A DNA stretch of 64,000 nt from Microgenomates group bacterium (GTDB taxonomy: Bacteria; Patescibacteriota; Microgenomatia; PFEM01; JBNASD01), in contig JBNASD010000001.1 of assembly GCA_049720225.1 (NCBI GenBank), positions 164,733 to 228,732 on the forward strand, given 5' to 3'. How positions within the stretch are numbered: the first letter of the stretch is position 1; every line of letters begins with the position of its first letter. The notes beneath the pieces were generated by a model. It saw nothing but the letters and a program-made list of their open reading frames with translations, ran no database searches and had not been told where the DNA came from. A program made the position numbers and the translations under genes. Shown here one piece after another: positions 36,630 to 46,750 of the stretch.

Positions 36630-37748
36630 TTAAAGATATTCTTTTTTATTTTTTTCTTTAAGAAGATTAACTATCTGCTTTACTTCTTGGGCTTTATCTT
36701 TTCGACAAATTAAAACCGCATCAGAACTATCAACTACGATTAAATCCTCAACTCCAATTAAAGCAATCAATTGATCATCAAATTGAATTAAATTATTTTT
36801 TGCCTCCAAAGCGATTACTTCTCCTTTTTTTCCAAATTTAATAATCACGTTTCCCTGGTCATCTTTGGGAGAGATTTCATAAATTACACTCCAATCTCCT
36901 ACATCGTTCCAACCAATATCCGCCGGAATCACCAACCCATTTCTAATTTTTTCCGAAACTGCCACATCTACCGGCATTTCGGGGGCTTCTTCATAAACTT
37001 CTTTTAATAAAGAAAAAAACCTCTTTTTGCCAATAACTGGCCGAATTTTTTCTACCGCCTGATAAATTGCCGGGGTGTATTTTTTAAGAGTTTCTAAGAA
37101 AAAACCCGATGGCCAAATATACATTCCCGAATTCCAATAGTAATTTCCTTCTTTAATAAATCTTTGAGCGGTTTCAAAATCTGGTTTTTCAACAAATTTT
37201 TCTAAATGATAAACAGCAAACCCATCGATTTTTCCTTTTTGCTTTCCGGCTTTAATATAACCAAAACCTGTATGGGGATAAGTAGGTTTAATTCCAATAG
37301 TGACTAACGTATTTTCCTTAAAAGCAGCTTTTGCTCCCGCTAATTCTACCTTTTTAAATATTTCTTCTTTTCTTACTAAGTGATCTGCCCAAAAGTTCAT
37401 TATTACTGCCTGAGGATCCTTTTGATGAATTATTAACGTTCCTAAACTACAAGCCATGGCGGTATTTTTCCTTGCCGGTTCCCAAAAAATATTTTCTTGA
37501 GGAATTTGGGGAGTTTCTCTTTTAATTTCTTTAGCATACTCTTTAGAAGTAGTAACGATAAAAATTTTTTCCGGTTTAACTAATCCTTTTAATCTTCTAA
37601 TTGTTTTTTGATATAAAGTTTCCTTTCCAAAAAGACGGGAAAATTGTTTTGGTGTTTTCTCCCGAGAACGTGGCCATAATCGCGTTCCTCCCCCTCCACA
37701 AATTACTAAAGCATATAAATGTTGATTTAAATCATTTTTTCCTGCCAT
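36630..37748 (-). CDS. manC: Mannose-1-phosphate guanylyltransferase
   Basis: GGGGTRLWPRSR, PKQF, ADH, FVEKP, WNSGM, GWNDVG; no isomerase domain. Confidence 0.9.
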   Translation of the reverse strand: MAGKNDLNQHLYALVICGGGGTRLWPRSREKTPKQFSRLFGKETLYQKTIRRLKGLVKPEKIFIVTTSKEYAKEIKRETPQIPQENIFWEPARKNTAMACSLGTLIIHQKDPQAVIMNFWADHLVRKEEIFKKVELAGAKAAFKENTLVTIGIKPTYPHTGFGYIKAGKQKGKIDGFAVYHLEKFVEKPDFETAQRFIKEGNYYWNSGMYIWPSGFFLETLKKYTPAIYQAVEKIRPVIGKKRFFSLLKEVYEEAPEMPVDVAVSEKIRNGLVIPADIGWNDVGDWSVIYEISPKDDQGNVIIKFGKKGEVIALEAKNNLIQFDDQLIALIGVEDLIVVDSSDAVLICRKDKAQEVKQIVNLLKEKNKKEYL

Positions 37749-38836
37749 TTTCTTATTACTAAATCCTTAAATTCTTTTTTAAATCTTTCTTTACTAAATC
37801 TTAACGCATTTTGTTGACAATCTTCAACTTTAAATTTCATTTTTTTAAATTTTTTAATCGCCGTAATTAAAGATTCTGGTGTTTGGTGATCGAAAAAAAT
37901 TCCTGTTTTATTTTCAATAATTGTTTCTTTTGCTCCTCCCCCTCGAAAAGCAATTACTGGTTTTCCACACGCCTGGGCCTCTAAAGGTACTAATCCAAAA
38001 TCTTCTTCTTGAGGAAAAATTACCGCCAAACAATTTTGATAATAACTTAACAACTTCTCATCTGTCAACTGACCCAAAAATTCAATGTTTTTATTAGCCA
38101 TTCTTTTAAGTTTCCCCATTTGTTTACCTATCCCGATAATTTTTAATGGCAATCCCAAATCATTAAAAGCTTTTACTGCAATATCAATTTTTTTATAAGG
38201 AACCAGTCGGGAGACAATTAAGAAATATTTTGTATTTTTCTTTTCCGTTTTTCGCTTTGAGCTTTTCGCTTTGAGCTTAAAAAATTCGGTATCTATTGGT
38301 GGATAAATCAATTCAGAATCTTGACAATAGTATTTTTTAATCCTTTGTTGGATATTTTGAGAAATCGCTACATAGCAATCTGGTCGCCAAGAAGCAATTT
38401 TGTCCCATTTTCTTAAATAATTAACTATCGGTTTAGTAATCAATCTCAACATTTTATTTTTAAAGTAATCATCATAACCGCTCCACAAATACCGCGTTGG
38501 AGTTAAACAATAACAAATATGTAAAGTTGATGGTTTCGTAATAATTCCCTTAGCCGCTTCACTGGTAACCGAAATAACCACCTCAAAATTATCAAAATTA
38601 AAACTTTCAAAAGCTAAAGGCATTAACCAAGGATAAAGTTCATGATAAGTTTTTCCTAAAGGAAATTTATTCAAAAATGAAGGAAAAACTTGAAAAACTT
38701 TCGCCCATTGAGCTTTTTTGGGATTATAAACGGCAGTAAACAATGGTGCTTCTGGCCAAATTTCATGCAAAGCCAAAAGTACTCTCTCTGCTCCTCCCCA
38801 TTTGTTAACTCTATCGTAAACTAAGGCTACCCTCAT
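37727..38836 (-). CDS. Glycosyltransferase family 4 (WbaZ-like)
   Basis: GGAERV, SRLVPYK, EDFGLVPLEAQACG. Confidence 0.9.
   Translation of the reverse strand: MRVALVYDRVNKWGGAERVLLALHEIWPEAPLFTAVYNPKKAQWAKVFQVFPSFLNKFPLGKTYHELYPWLMPLAFESFNFDNFEVVISVTSEAAKGIITKPSTLHICYCLTPTRYLWSGYDDYFKNKMLRLITKPIVNYLRKWDKIASWRPDCYVAISQNIQQRIKKYYCQDSELIYPPIDTEFFKLKAKSSKRKTEKKNTKYFLIVSRLVPYKKIDIAVKAFNDLGLPLKIIGIGKQMGKLKRMANKNIEFLGQLTDEKLLSYYQNCLAVIFPQEEDFGLVPLEAQACGKPVIAFRGGGAKETIIENKTGIFFDHQTPESLITAIKKFKKMKFKVEDCQQNALRFSKERFKKEFKDLVIRKWQEKMI
38241..38278. repeat. Degenerate heptamer tandem repeat, in frame in GT4
   Basis: ttttccg tttttcg ctttgag cttttcg ctttgag (encodes LKAKSSKRKTE). Confidence 0.75.
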
Positions 38837-38841
38837 AAATT

Positions 38842-39978
38842 TTAAATTTTAAATTTTAAATTTTTATAAATTTCTATTGTTTGGCTGGCCATTTTTTTCC
38901 AAGAATAATTTTTTACTAATTGCTTTCCCTTCTTAATCAAAAATGCTTTTTTTTCTTTATTTTCTATCAATTGTCCTAACTTTTTAATTAAATCTTTTTC
39001 CGAATGTGGATCAAAGTATAATACTGCTTCTTTATATACTTCTCGAAAAACAGGAATATCCGAAGCAATTACCGGTAATCCCACTGCCATTGCTTCTAAT
39101 GCCGGTAAACCAAAACCCTCCATTAAGGAGGGAAAGATAAAAGCTTCTCCCGCTTTGTAAATTTGCGATAATTCTTTATCAGAAACAAAACCAATAAATT
39201 TTACATATTCTTCCGCCTCTAATTTTTTAACCTTTTCCGCTAATCTTTTTTGAAAAATATTTCTTGCACAGACAATTACTAAATAAAGTTTTCTTATCTG
39301 ATTAAATTCCTTTATTGCTTTAATTAAAGTCTCTATATTTTTATGAGGATAAAGGCTACCGGTATAAACCACGAAAGGTCTTTTAATTTTATACTTAGTT
39401 AAAAACCTATCAATTTTAAATTTAAAATTTAAAATTTTAAATTTATTTTCTACTCCTTCATATGTCACTTCAATTTTTTTTGGAGATAAACGATATTTTT
39501 TAATTAATTCTTTTTTCCAAAAATTGGAGGGAGTAATAATTTTTTTTGCTCTTTTTATTGCCCACCAAACTATTAATCGATAATTTAAATATTTAAACCA
39601 ATAAAAAAGCGATCCTCTAGTAGTTGTCTCTTTCCCTTTAAAATAATGTTTAATTAAATCATGAATTGTCACCACGTAATCTCCAAACCAAAAAATCGGC
39701 ACATTAAAGTGAGGAAAATGAACCAAATCAGGTTTTAATTTAAAAAGCAAAATTGGTAAAAAAAATTGTTCTTTGAAAGAATAATGGGGATAATCAGCTA
39801 AAACTTTTTTAAAATTTTTATTTTTAAATTTCAATTTTTTAAAGTACTTTTTCTTTAATAAAATAAAATATTGATTTTCTTTATCTAAACCTTCAATTTC
39901 TTTAATTAAATTCATTACATACCGACCAATTCCTGCGTTTTCCAAACCATATAAACGAGCATCGATGCAAATTTTCAT
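38842..39978 (-). CDS. Glycosyltransferase family 4
   Basis: IDAR..GIGRY, TIHDL, PHKN, EGFGLPALEAM. Confidence 0.9.
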   Translation of the reverse strand: MKICIDARLYGLENAGIGRYVMNLIKEIEGLDKENQYFILLKKKYFKKLKFKNKNFKKVLADYPHYSFKEQFFLPILLFKLKPDLVHFPHFNVPIFWFGDYVVTIHDLIKHYFKGKETTTRGSLFYWFKYLNYRLIVWWAIKRAKKIITPSNFWKKELIKKYRLSPKKIEVTYEGVENKFKILNFKFKIDRFLTKYKIKRPFVVYTGSLYPHKNIETLIKAIKEFNQIRKLYLVIVCARNIFQKRLAEKVKKLEAEEYVKFIGFVSDKELSQIYKAGEAFIFPSLMEGFGLPALEAMAVGLPVIASDIPVFREVYKEAVLYFDPHSEKDLIKKLGQLIENKEKKAFLIKKGKQLVKNYSWKKMASQTIEIYKNLKFKI

Positions 39979-40011
39979 AGTTTAATTAATTAAAGAAAAT
40001 AATTTAATCAA

Positions 40012-40935
40012 TTAAATTGAAAGTTTTTTTAACCTTATTTTTTCTAAAATATCAATTCCTTTTAAAACTAACCAAGTAATAAACCGCGGGTATTTATTTA
40101 AATAGTGTTTTCGATAAAAAATTCTCATTGCCGAAGTTGAAGCTTTAATTGCTTTTATTTTTGTTTCTTTATTTGCTAAAGATATTTTTTGCGATTCTTT
40201 TCTTATCCCCGAGGTTATTCCCTTAAAATGAATAATTTTTACTTTTGGAAAATAATAAATTTTCCAACCTAATTTTTTAATTCGATAACAAAAATCCAAA
40301 TCCTCTCCATACCAAAAATAATCTTCATCCCACCAATTTATTTTCTCTCCTGCTTCCCGTCTTACTATTAAAAAAGCACCGGCTCCTGCATCTATTTCAT
40401 GAGCTTCGTTTAAAGGTTTCCACCCGAGAATATAGCCTGAAAAAATTCTTGATTTAGGAAATAATTTTTCTAAACCAGAAAAATGACAAAAAGCATTCCA
40501 AGGTGTAGGAAAACCTCGATGGCAAGCTTCGTCCATTTTTCCATTAGGCAATTCCACTCGACAAGTAGCTACTCCCACCTCTGGATGATCATCCATAAAT
40601 TTAATCATTTCTTTAAATGTATTTTTTTTCACTAAAGTATCAGGATTTAAAAACAATAAATATCTTCCCTTAGCTTTTTTAACTCCTATATTGTTCCCCG
40701 CTGAAAATCCTAAATTTTTTTTGTTTTTAATAATTATCAGTCCTTTAAATTTAAATTTTTCAATTTTCTTTATCGAATTATCAGTAGAAGCATTATCAAC
40801 AACAATTACTTCATAATTAAATCCATTTTTTTCAGAAGAAAAAACCGAATTTAAACAATTTTCAAGAAATTCACCAGAATTATAATTTAAAATAATTATT
40901 GATAAATCAATTTTTTCCTTTTTGGATTTTTTCAT
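40012..40935 (-). CDS. Glycosyltransferase family 2
   Basis: VDNASTD, NLGFSAGNN, LNPDT, EDLDFCYR. Confidence 0.9.
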   Translation of the reverse strand: MKKSKKEKIDLSIIILNYNSGEFLENCLNSVFSSEKNGFNYEVIVVDNASTDNSIKKIEKFKFKGLIIIKNKKNLGFSAGNNIGVKKAKGRYLLFLNPDTLVKKNTFKEMIKFMDDHPEVGVATCRVELPNGKMDEACHRGFPTPWNAFCHFSGLEKLFPKSRIFSGYILGWKPLNEAHEIDAGAGAFLIVRREAGEKINWWDEDYFWYGEDLDFCYRIKKLGWKIYYFPKVKIIHFKGITSGIRKESQKISLANKETKIKAIKASTSAMRIFYRKHYLNKYPRFITWLVLKGIDILEKIRLKKLSI

Positions 40936-42109
40936 AAACTAAATTAAGTTTTTGGGCGCTTTTTGCCCAATCGTAATTTAACTTTACTAACTTTCTTCCC
41001 TCATTTCCAATTTTTTCTATTTCTGAAGGATTTAAAATTAAATTAATTGTTTTTTTTACTATTTTTTTACAATTATCTTCAATAATTACTCCTTGTCCGT
41101 TTTTTACTTGTATTCCTTCAATTCCTTTAGAGGTAGTAATAATAGGCAATCCTGAGGCCATTGCTTCAAAAAATTTTGTTCTACTTCCTCCTCCACTTTT
41201 CATTGGCGCCACTAACACCCAAGACTGTTGATAAGCACGACGACTATCATCAATTTCCTCAATAATAATATCTTCCTTTCCTCTCCAAGAAGATAAAACT
41301 TTAGGGGCAATTTTCCCTACAATCCAAAGTTGAACATTTTTTAATTTATTTTTAATTTCTGGCCAAATTTCTTTAAGAAGAATTTCCGCTCCTTCTTTAT
41401 TTTGCAACCAATGAAAATCAGCTGCTCCAAATAAAATGGTAGGAATTTTCTTTCTTTTCCATATCCTTTTTCCAAAATAATTAAAGTCAACACCGTTTTC
41501 TACTACCTCCACATCTTTTCTTCCAGAAATTTTTTTTATAAAATCTGCATCCTCCACTGAAACCGCCGTTAACCAATCTGCTTTTTTCCAAAAATAGACC
41601 TCCCAATATTTTAATTTCCAAACATCAATCATTAAAAAGGGTTTTAAAAAAAATAAATACCAAGGTAAAGTCTCTACAAAATGATGAAAAACTTTATATA
41701 AGATTGTCTGTTCGGTAAGAAGAATTGGAACTGAGGTTTTGGGAAGATGTGGCATAACATAAAAATTTTCTGCGTGAATTAAGTCATATTTTTCTTTTTT
41801 AAGCTCCTCTTCTATTGCTTTTTTTTCTTCCTCTGATAAATTTCTTATCACCAAAAAAGGATAGACTCCAAAAATTGTTTTCAATACATTTTTAACTGTC
41901 CAGGGTTTACTTGAACGATAAAAAACTTTTATCTTTCGACAATATTTTTTAAGCTCTTTTATATATTTTTTCTCTTTTTCTTCTTTTATTAAAGAAAAAA
42001 GAGTGATTTGGTGTTTTTTTGCCAAATTTTTAATTAAATTATAAGACCTTACTTGTCCTCCGGAATTAGGAGGATAAGGCAAATATGGCGTAAGCATTAA
42101 AATTTTCAT
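40907..42109 (-). CDS. Glycosyltransferase family 4
   Basis: PYPPNSGG, NGVD, GSRTKFFEAMASG. Confidence 0.88.
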   Translation of the reverse strand: MKILMLTPYLPYPPNSGGQVRSYNLIKNLAKKHQITLFSLIKEEKEKKYIKELKKYCRKIKVFYRSSKPWTVKNVLKTIFGVYPFLVIRNLSEEEKKAIEEELKKEKYDLIHAENFYVMPHLPKTSVPILLTEQTILYKVFHHFVETLPWYLFFLKPFLMIDVWKLKYWEVYFWKKADWLTAVSVEDADFIKKISGRKDVEVVENGVDFNYFGKRIWKRKKIPTILFGAADFHWLQNKEGAEILLKEIWPEIKNKLKNVQLWIVGKIAPKVLSSWRGKEDIIIEEIDDSRRAYQQSWVLVAPMKSGGGSRTKFFEAMASGLPIITTSKGIEGIQVKNGQGVIIEDNCKKIVKKTINLILNPSEIEKIGNEGRKLVKLNYDWAKSAQKLNLVYEKIQKGKN

Positions 42110-43566
42110 AAAACCTCTTTTTTTAAAGATAAGTTAATCATCTTTATTAAAATTCCCAATAGAATCCAAAAAATGAAAGCCACTTTTGACGCTTCAAAAA
42201 CATCAATAAAAGTGGCATTTATTAATATTCCAATTACCGCTCCACCTATTCCTCCTGCTATACTTTTAATAAATAAAGGGGGTCTTTTTTGCCAAAAAAT
42301 TAAAAATTGCCGAAAACCCTCGACAAAAATTAATCCAAAGGCAAAAAAACCTAAAATTCCTGTCTCTCCTAAAGCCCTTAAGTAATCATTATCAGTGGCT
42401 AAAGTAATAGAAGAATAACCTGTTCCTAAAAAAGGATTTTTAATCAAAGCCCGAATAGCTCGAGGCCATTCTACTTTAAATCTAATTCCACTTGAATACT
42501 CTACCGCTACTTCCGTACTTGGTCGCCACCTTTCAATTACGGTAGGCACAGGTGTTGGAGAAATCAGAATTTTTTCTCTTTTTTGGGTTGTTTTTTTTTC
42601 TGCTAAAGGCAAAGGAGTGGGAGTTGGCGAAGGTAAAAAAGTAGGAGAAGGAATAGGAAAACTCGTTCTTATTTTTTGTTCTTGCTTGGGTAAACGCGAA
42701 GAAATAAAAGATAAATCAATATTAAAAGTTAAGGCATATCGTTGACCTAAATCAGAGGAAAAAACCATTCCTAATAAACTAAAAACTAATACCGGTCCAA
42801 TCCATTTAAATTTTTTAACAAAAATTAAAACTCCAATTACTGCTACCAAATATGCAAAAAAAGAAATTCGCGAAGAAGTTAAAAGTAAAGTATAAAAGGC
42901 AAAAATTAATAAGAAAAATCCAAAAATTCTTTCCTTTTTATCTTGAGTTCCTACAATAAATCCAATTGTAATCGACAAAACCATTACCAAAAACGCTGCT
43001 AAATCATAATGACCAGCAAACGTAGAATTAACTCTAGTCCATTCGGTTAATTGCAGCAACATTCCTTTAGAAAACTCCTCATTCATGGTGGAAACTACCG
43101 GCCAATCAAAAAATTTTTGACCAACTGCATAAACTCCCACTCCGATAGTTGCTAAAAATAAAGAAAATAAATAGCTTTTAATTTGACGAAAGTTATTTAA
43201 AGAAGAATAAGCCACAAAAAACAATCCCATATATTCTATTCTTCTTAAAAAATGTAAAAAAGCTAAATGAGGGGTAATGTTTTTAGTAATTAATAAAGCG
43301 CTTAGTAAAGAAAGTAATCCTATTCCCCAATAAAAAACAATCAATTGAGAAATTTTATTCTTAAACGTAGGAAATTTATTCTTACCCTCTAAAAAAAACC
43401 AAATTAAAAAAGTAAAAGCAACAAAAAAGTCTTCAATTCTTATCGCTACATAAGTTCCTGGCACATTAAATAAAGGAAACTTCGGATAAAGAGGAACAAA
43501 AATTAGTAACGCAATAATTAATAAAGATAAAATATTACTTTCCGATGACTGCCAAAGCTTCTTCAT
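42106..43566 (-). CDS. O-antigen ligase/polymerase-like membrane protein with a Pro-Thr loop
   Basis: Multi-TM; RVNSTFAGHY, LTSSRIS, NPFLGTG, DNDYLRALGETGILG. Confidence 0.8.
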   Translation of the reverse strand: MKKLWQSSESNILSLLIIALLIFVPLYPKFPLFNVPGTYVAIRIEDFFVAFTFLIWFFLEGKNKFPTFKNKISQLIVFYWGIGLLSLLSALLITKNITPHLAFLHFLRRIEYMGLFFVAYSSLNNFRQIKSYLFSLFLATIGVGVYAVGQKFFDWPVVSTMNEEFSKGMLLQLTEWTRVNSTFAGHYDLAAFLVMVLSITIGFIVGTQDKKERIFGFFLLIFAFYTLLLTSSRISFFAYLVAVIGVLIFVKKFKWIGPVLVFSLLGMVFSSDLGQRYALTFNIDLSFISSRLPKQEQKIRTSFPIPSPTFLPSPTPTPLPLAEKKTTQKREKILISPTPVPTVIERWRPSTEVAVEYSSGIRFKVEWPRAIRALIKNPFLGTGYSSITLATDNDYLRALGETGILGFFAFGLIFVEGFRQFLIFWQKRPPLFIKSIAGGIGGAVIGILINATFIDVFEASKVAFIFWILLGILIKMINLSLKKEVL

Positions 43567-44461
43567 AAGTCTCAATTAAATATTTATTTTTGGTTATTTT
43601 TCCTAAAATAACGGCTAACCATGCTTTTGATTTTAGCATAAATTTAAGAATATTTTTTTGCCATTGAGATTTATGTTTTTGGTAAAAATAGCAAAGACCC
43701 CGATAAATATTTATAATCGGCCATTTTCTCCCCGAAGGAGAACTTCCTCCACCCAAATGAATAATCTCTGCTCCTGGCCAAAAAATTATTTTCCAACCTG
43801 CTTTTTTAATCCGCCAACACCATTCTACCTCATCCATATACATAAAAATTTCTTCGTCCATAAAGCCAGCATCTTTTAAAACTTCTGGTCTTACCATCAT
43901 CGCCGCCCCCATCACCCAATCTACCTCTTTTGTTTTTTTCGGAGAAAATCTTACCAAATTTCCAAACCAATGCTCACCAAAAAGCATTAAAAAAGAAACC
44001 CAAAGATGAGGAAAATAACCACAAGATGGCTGCCAACTACCATCCGGATTTAATAGCCGACAACCAAGTACTCCTATGTTAGGATTTTTATCCATAAATT
44101 CTGCCATTTTTAAGGGAGCTAAATTTTTAATAATTGTATCGGAGTTTAAAAGCAAAAAATATTCTCCCTCAGCTTTTCTCATTCCCTGATTATTTCCCGC
44201 TCCAAAACCTAAATTTTTCTTATTTTTTATAATTTTTACTCTAAAATTTGGTAAATTGGCAATTTTCAATTTAAAATTTTCCATTACCTCTATCGATCCA
44301 TCCTGCGAACCATTATCTACTAAGATAATTTCTTCGATTAATTTTTCCTTCCTTCCTTCTTTAATCAGAGATTCTAAACAATTTTTTAAAAGTTCTTTAG
44401 TATTATAAGAAAGAATAATGACAGATACTTTTGGTTTTTTGGTTATTTTTTTATTTTCCAT
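43535..44461 (-). CDS. Glycosyltransferase family 2 (WbbL-like)
   Basis: VDNGSQD, NLGFGAGNN, LNSDT, DWVMGAAM. Confidence 0.9.
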   Translation of the reverse strand: MENKKITKKPKVSVIILSYNTKELLKNCLESLIKEGRKEKLIEEIILVDNGSQDGSIEVMENFKLKIANLPNFRVKIIKNKKNLGFGAGNNQGMRKAEGEYFLLLNSDTIIKNLAPLKMAEFMDKNPNIGVLGCRLLNPDGSWQPSCGYFPHLWVSFLMLFGEHWFGNLVRFSPKKTKEVDWVMGAAMMVRPEVLKDAGFMDEEIFMYMDEVEWCWRIKKAGWKIIFWPGAEIIHLGGGSSPSGRKWPIINIYRGLCYFYQKHKSQWQKNILKFMLKSKAWLAVILGKITKNKYLIETYEEALAVIGK

Positions 44462-45033
44462 AAAGAATAAATAATTTCTCTTCCTGTATTAAATAAAAAC
44501 AAAATTCCGATCATAATTCCGGTCCAAACTAAAATTCTTGACCAAACAAATGATTCTATATGTTTGAGAATCACTTTTGTTTTATAAATTTTTCCCTCAA
44601 TCAATAATACAGGAGCAGCATCAGGAACTTTTTTTAAATAATAATCATCCTCTTGGGGCGTCCAACCAGCTACAAATAAAGATTCCTTGAGAGGATTAAT
44701 TAATTCTTCGCAATAGGTAAATCGTTGTGTATCACGAACTTTTTCTTGACAATATTCAGGAGGATGATTAAGTTTAATTACCGGTAAGGGCAATCCCCAT
44801 AACCAACTTTTTCCATAAGCTTTTTTAAAAAAATCAATTACTTCTTTGCGTGATAAATCTGTATAAAAAGCCCAAATACCAGGAAATTGATAAGTATCTC
44901 CTGGTTCTTTGGAACGAAAAGAGTCATAAAGCTCAGGAATTACTGGCCCAGGTAAAACTAAATAAAGAAGACCAAGAAAATAAATCAAAATTGCCAATTT
45001 AAAACCAAATTTTTTGAAATTATTTAACTTCAT
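44443..45033 (-). CDS. Hypothetical membrane protein
   Basis: TM segments at both termini; EPGDT and LNHPPE motifs. Confidence 0.7.
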   Translation of the reverse strand: MKLNNFKKFGFKLAILIYFLGLLYLVLPGPVIPELYDSFRSKEPGDTYQFPGIWAFYTDLSRKEVIDFFKKAYGKSWLWGLPLPVIKLNHPPEYCQEKVRDTQRFTYCEELINPLKESLFVAGWTPQEDDYYLKKVPDAAPVLLIEGKIYKTKVILKHIESFVWSRILVWTGIMIGILFLFNTGREIIYSLWKIKK

Positions 45034-45036
45034 AAA

Positions 45037-45639
45037 TTATTGAAATAATCTCGCTCTTCCTAAGCGATATTTAAACTCCTTCAGTTTTCTTTCGCCGATT
45101 TCTCTTGCGGGTACTCCGGCGACAATTTTTCCTGGAGGAACATCATGAGTAACAATGGCTCCCGCCGCCACCACTGCCCCCCGACCAATTTTTTTTCCTG
45201 GCATAATTATTGCCCGGGGACCAATAAAAACATAATCCTCAATTTCTACCGGTAATTCTACCGCTTTAAACTCAGGATCGTTAATATCATGTTTTGAATT
45301 ATAAATCATCACTTGGGAAGCAATATCAACATGATTACCAATTTTAATTTTTGCTCGCCCATCTAAAAAACAATGATCGCCCACAATTGTATCTTCGCCA
45401 ATTTCAATATTTTTTGGCTGAAAAAAATTTGCCCACATATGAATCGTTGATCCTTTACCAATTTTTATTCCTGCTAAACGATAAAAAAATTTCCTTATAG
45501 TATGAGAGGGAATATGGCCTACCCAACGCAAAAGCATTAATTCAAAATCCAACCAATAATTATAAATCCGATTCAAAATTTTCGGCCAAGCTTGAGAAAA
45601 AGTTAATTCTCTTCCCATTTTATCTTTAAATTTAAACAT
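45037..45639 (-). CDS. Hexapeptide-repeat O-acetyltransferase
   Basis: [28 protein letters not shown]. Confidence 0.9.
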   Translation of the reverse strand: MFKFKDKMGRELTFSQAWPKILNRIYNYWLDFELMLLRWVGHIPSHTIRKFFYRLAGIKIGKGSTIHMWANFFQPKNIEIGEDTIVGDHCFLDGRAKIKIGNHVDIASQVMIYNSKHDINDPEFKAVELPVEIEDYVFIGPRAIIMPGKKIGRGAVVAAGAIVTHDVPPGKIVAGVPAREIGERKLKEFKYRLGRARLFQ

Positions 45640-46750
45640 TTTTACCTCCCACTCTTTCTAAAACTTTAATTATTTTTTGGGCGGTTTTTTGCCAATCAAA
45701 TTTTTTTACTTGTTGATAACCTAATTTTATCAATTTTTCTTTATTTTCCAAAGCTTTTATTATCCCGTAAGTAATCTCCTCTGGCTTATAAGGATTAACT
45801 AAAATTCCTGCCTTATTTACTACCTCTGGCAAACTTCCCACATTACTGGCAACTACTGGTACCCCCAAACTCATTGCCTCCAATACTGGAATTCCAAATC
45901 CTTCCCAAAAACTGGGAAGAACAAAAACTTCTGCTCCTTTCATAAGAAAGGGTATTTCTTCTTCCTTTACAAAATCAGTAAATATCACTTCTTTTTCTAA
46001 TCTTAATTCTTGAACTTTCTTAAAAATTTTTTCAAATAACCATCCTTTCCTTCCTGTAATTACCAAGTTAATTGTTTTTTCTTTTTTTAAATTTTTAAAA
46101 ATTTTAAACGCTTCTAAAAGACCTTCAATATTTTTACTTGGTTTAAGAGTGCTTAAAAACAAAATATATCTGTTTTTAATTTTATATTTTTCTTTAATTT
46201 TTTTAATTTTAGAATCAGAAACTGTTTGCGGAAAATTTTTGCTAACTCCCGGATAAGCCACGGTAATTTTTTCTGGAGGAATTTTATAAAAATTAACAAT
46301 ATCTTTTTTAGTGCTTTGAGAAATTGCCAAAATATGAGAAGCCCTCTTTAAAGAAAACTCAGTCCAATATTTTAATTTCCAGTAAATTGGTTTAGTAAAA
46401 TGGTAAGGGAATCGTAAATACCCCAAATCCATAATAGAAATCACTAAAGAAGAAGGCAAAAAAATTGGTACGTAATGACCAGGAATAAAAATTACATTAG
46501 GTTTAGGTTTTTCTTTTAAAAGCAGTTTTGACAATCCTAAAAGATTCCATAATCTTGTCGGTCCTCCTATTTTGTATCGCCAATTTTCTTTTGGAGGAGG
46601 TAAATCAGATAAAGGAGAAGAAGGTAAGAAAATTACATATTCGTTTTCTTTATCTTCTTCCCAAAGACTCCATAATAATTCAAAGACATATTGATTTGAA
46701 CCAACACGATTTTTAATATTTGCCTCGTAACCAACTAAACCAATTTTCAT
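45632..46750 (-). CDS. Glycosyltransferase family 4
   Basis: [20 protein letters not shown]; probable start 46750. Confidence 0.9.
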   Translation of the reverse strand: MKIGLVGYEANIKNRVGSNQYVFELLWSLWEEDKENEYVIFLPSSPLSDLPPPKENWRYKIGGPTRLWNLLGLSKLLLKEKPKPNVIFIPGHYVPIFLPSSLVISIMDLGYLRFPYHFTKPIYWKLKYWTEFSLKRASHILAISQSTKKDIVNFYKIPPEKITVAYPGVSKNFPQTVSDSKIKKIKEKYKIKNRYILFLSTLKPSKNIEGLLEAFKIFKNLKKEKTINLVITGRKGWLFEKIFKKVQELRLEKEVIFTDFVKEEEIPFLMKGAEVFVLPSFWEGFGIPVLEAMSLGVPVVASNVGSLPEVVNKAGILVNPYKPEEITYGIIKALENKEKLIKLGYQQVKKFDWQKTAQKIIKVLERVGGKNV

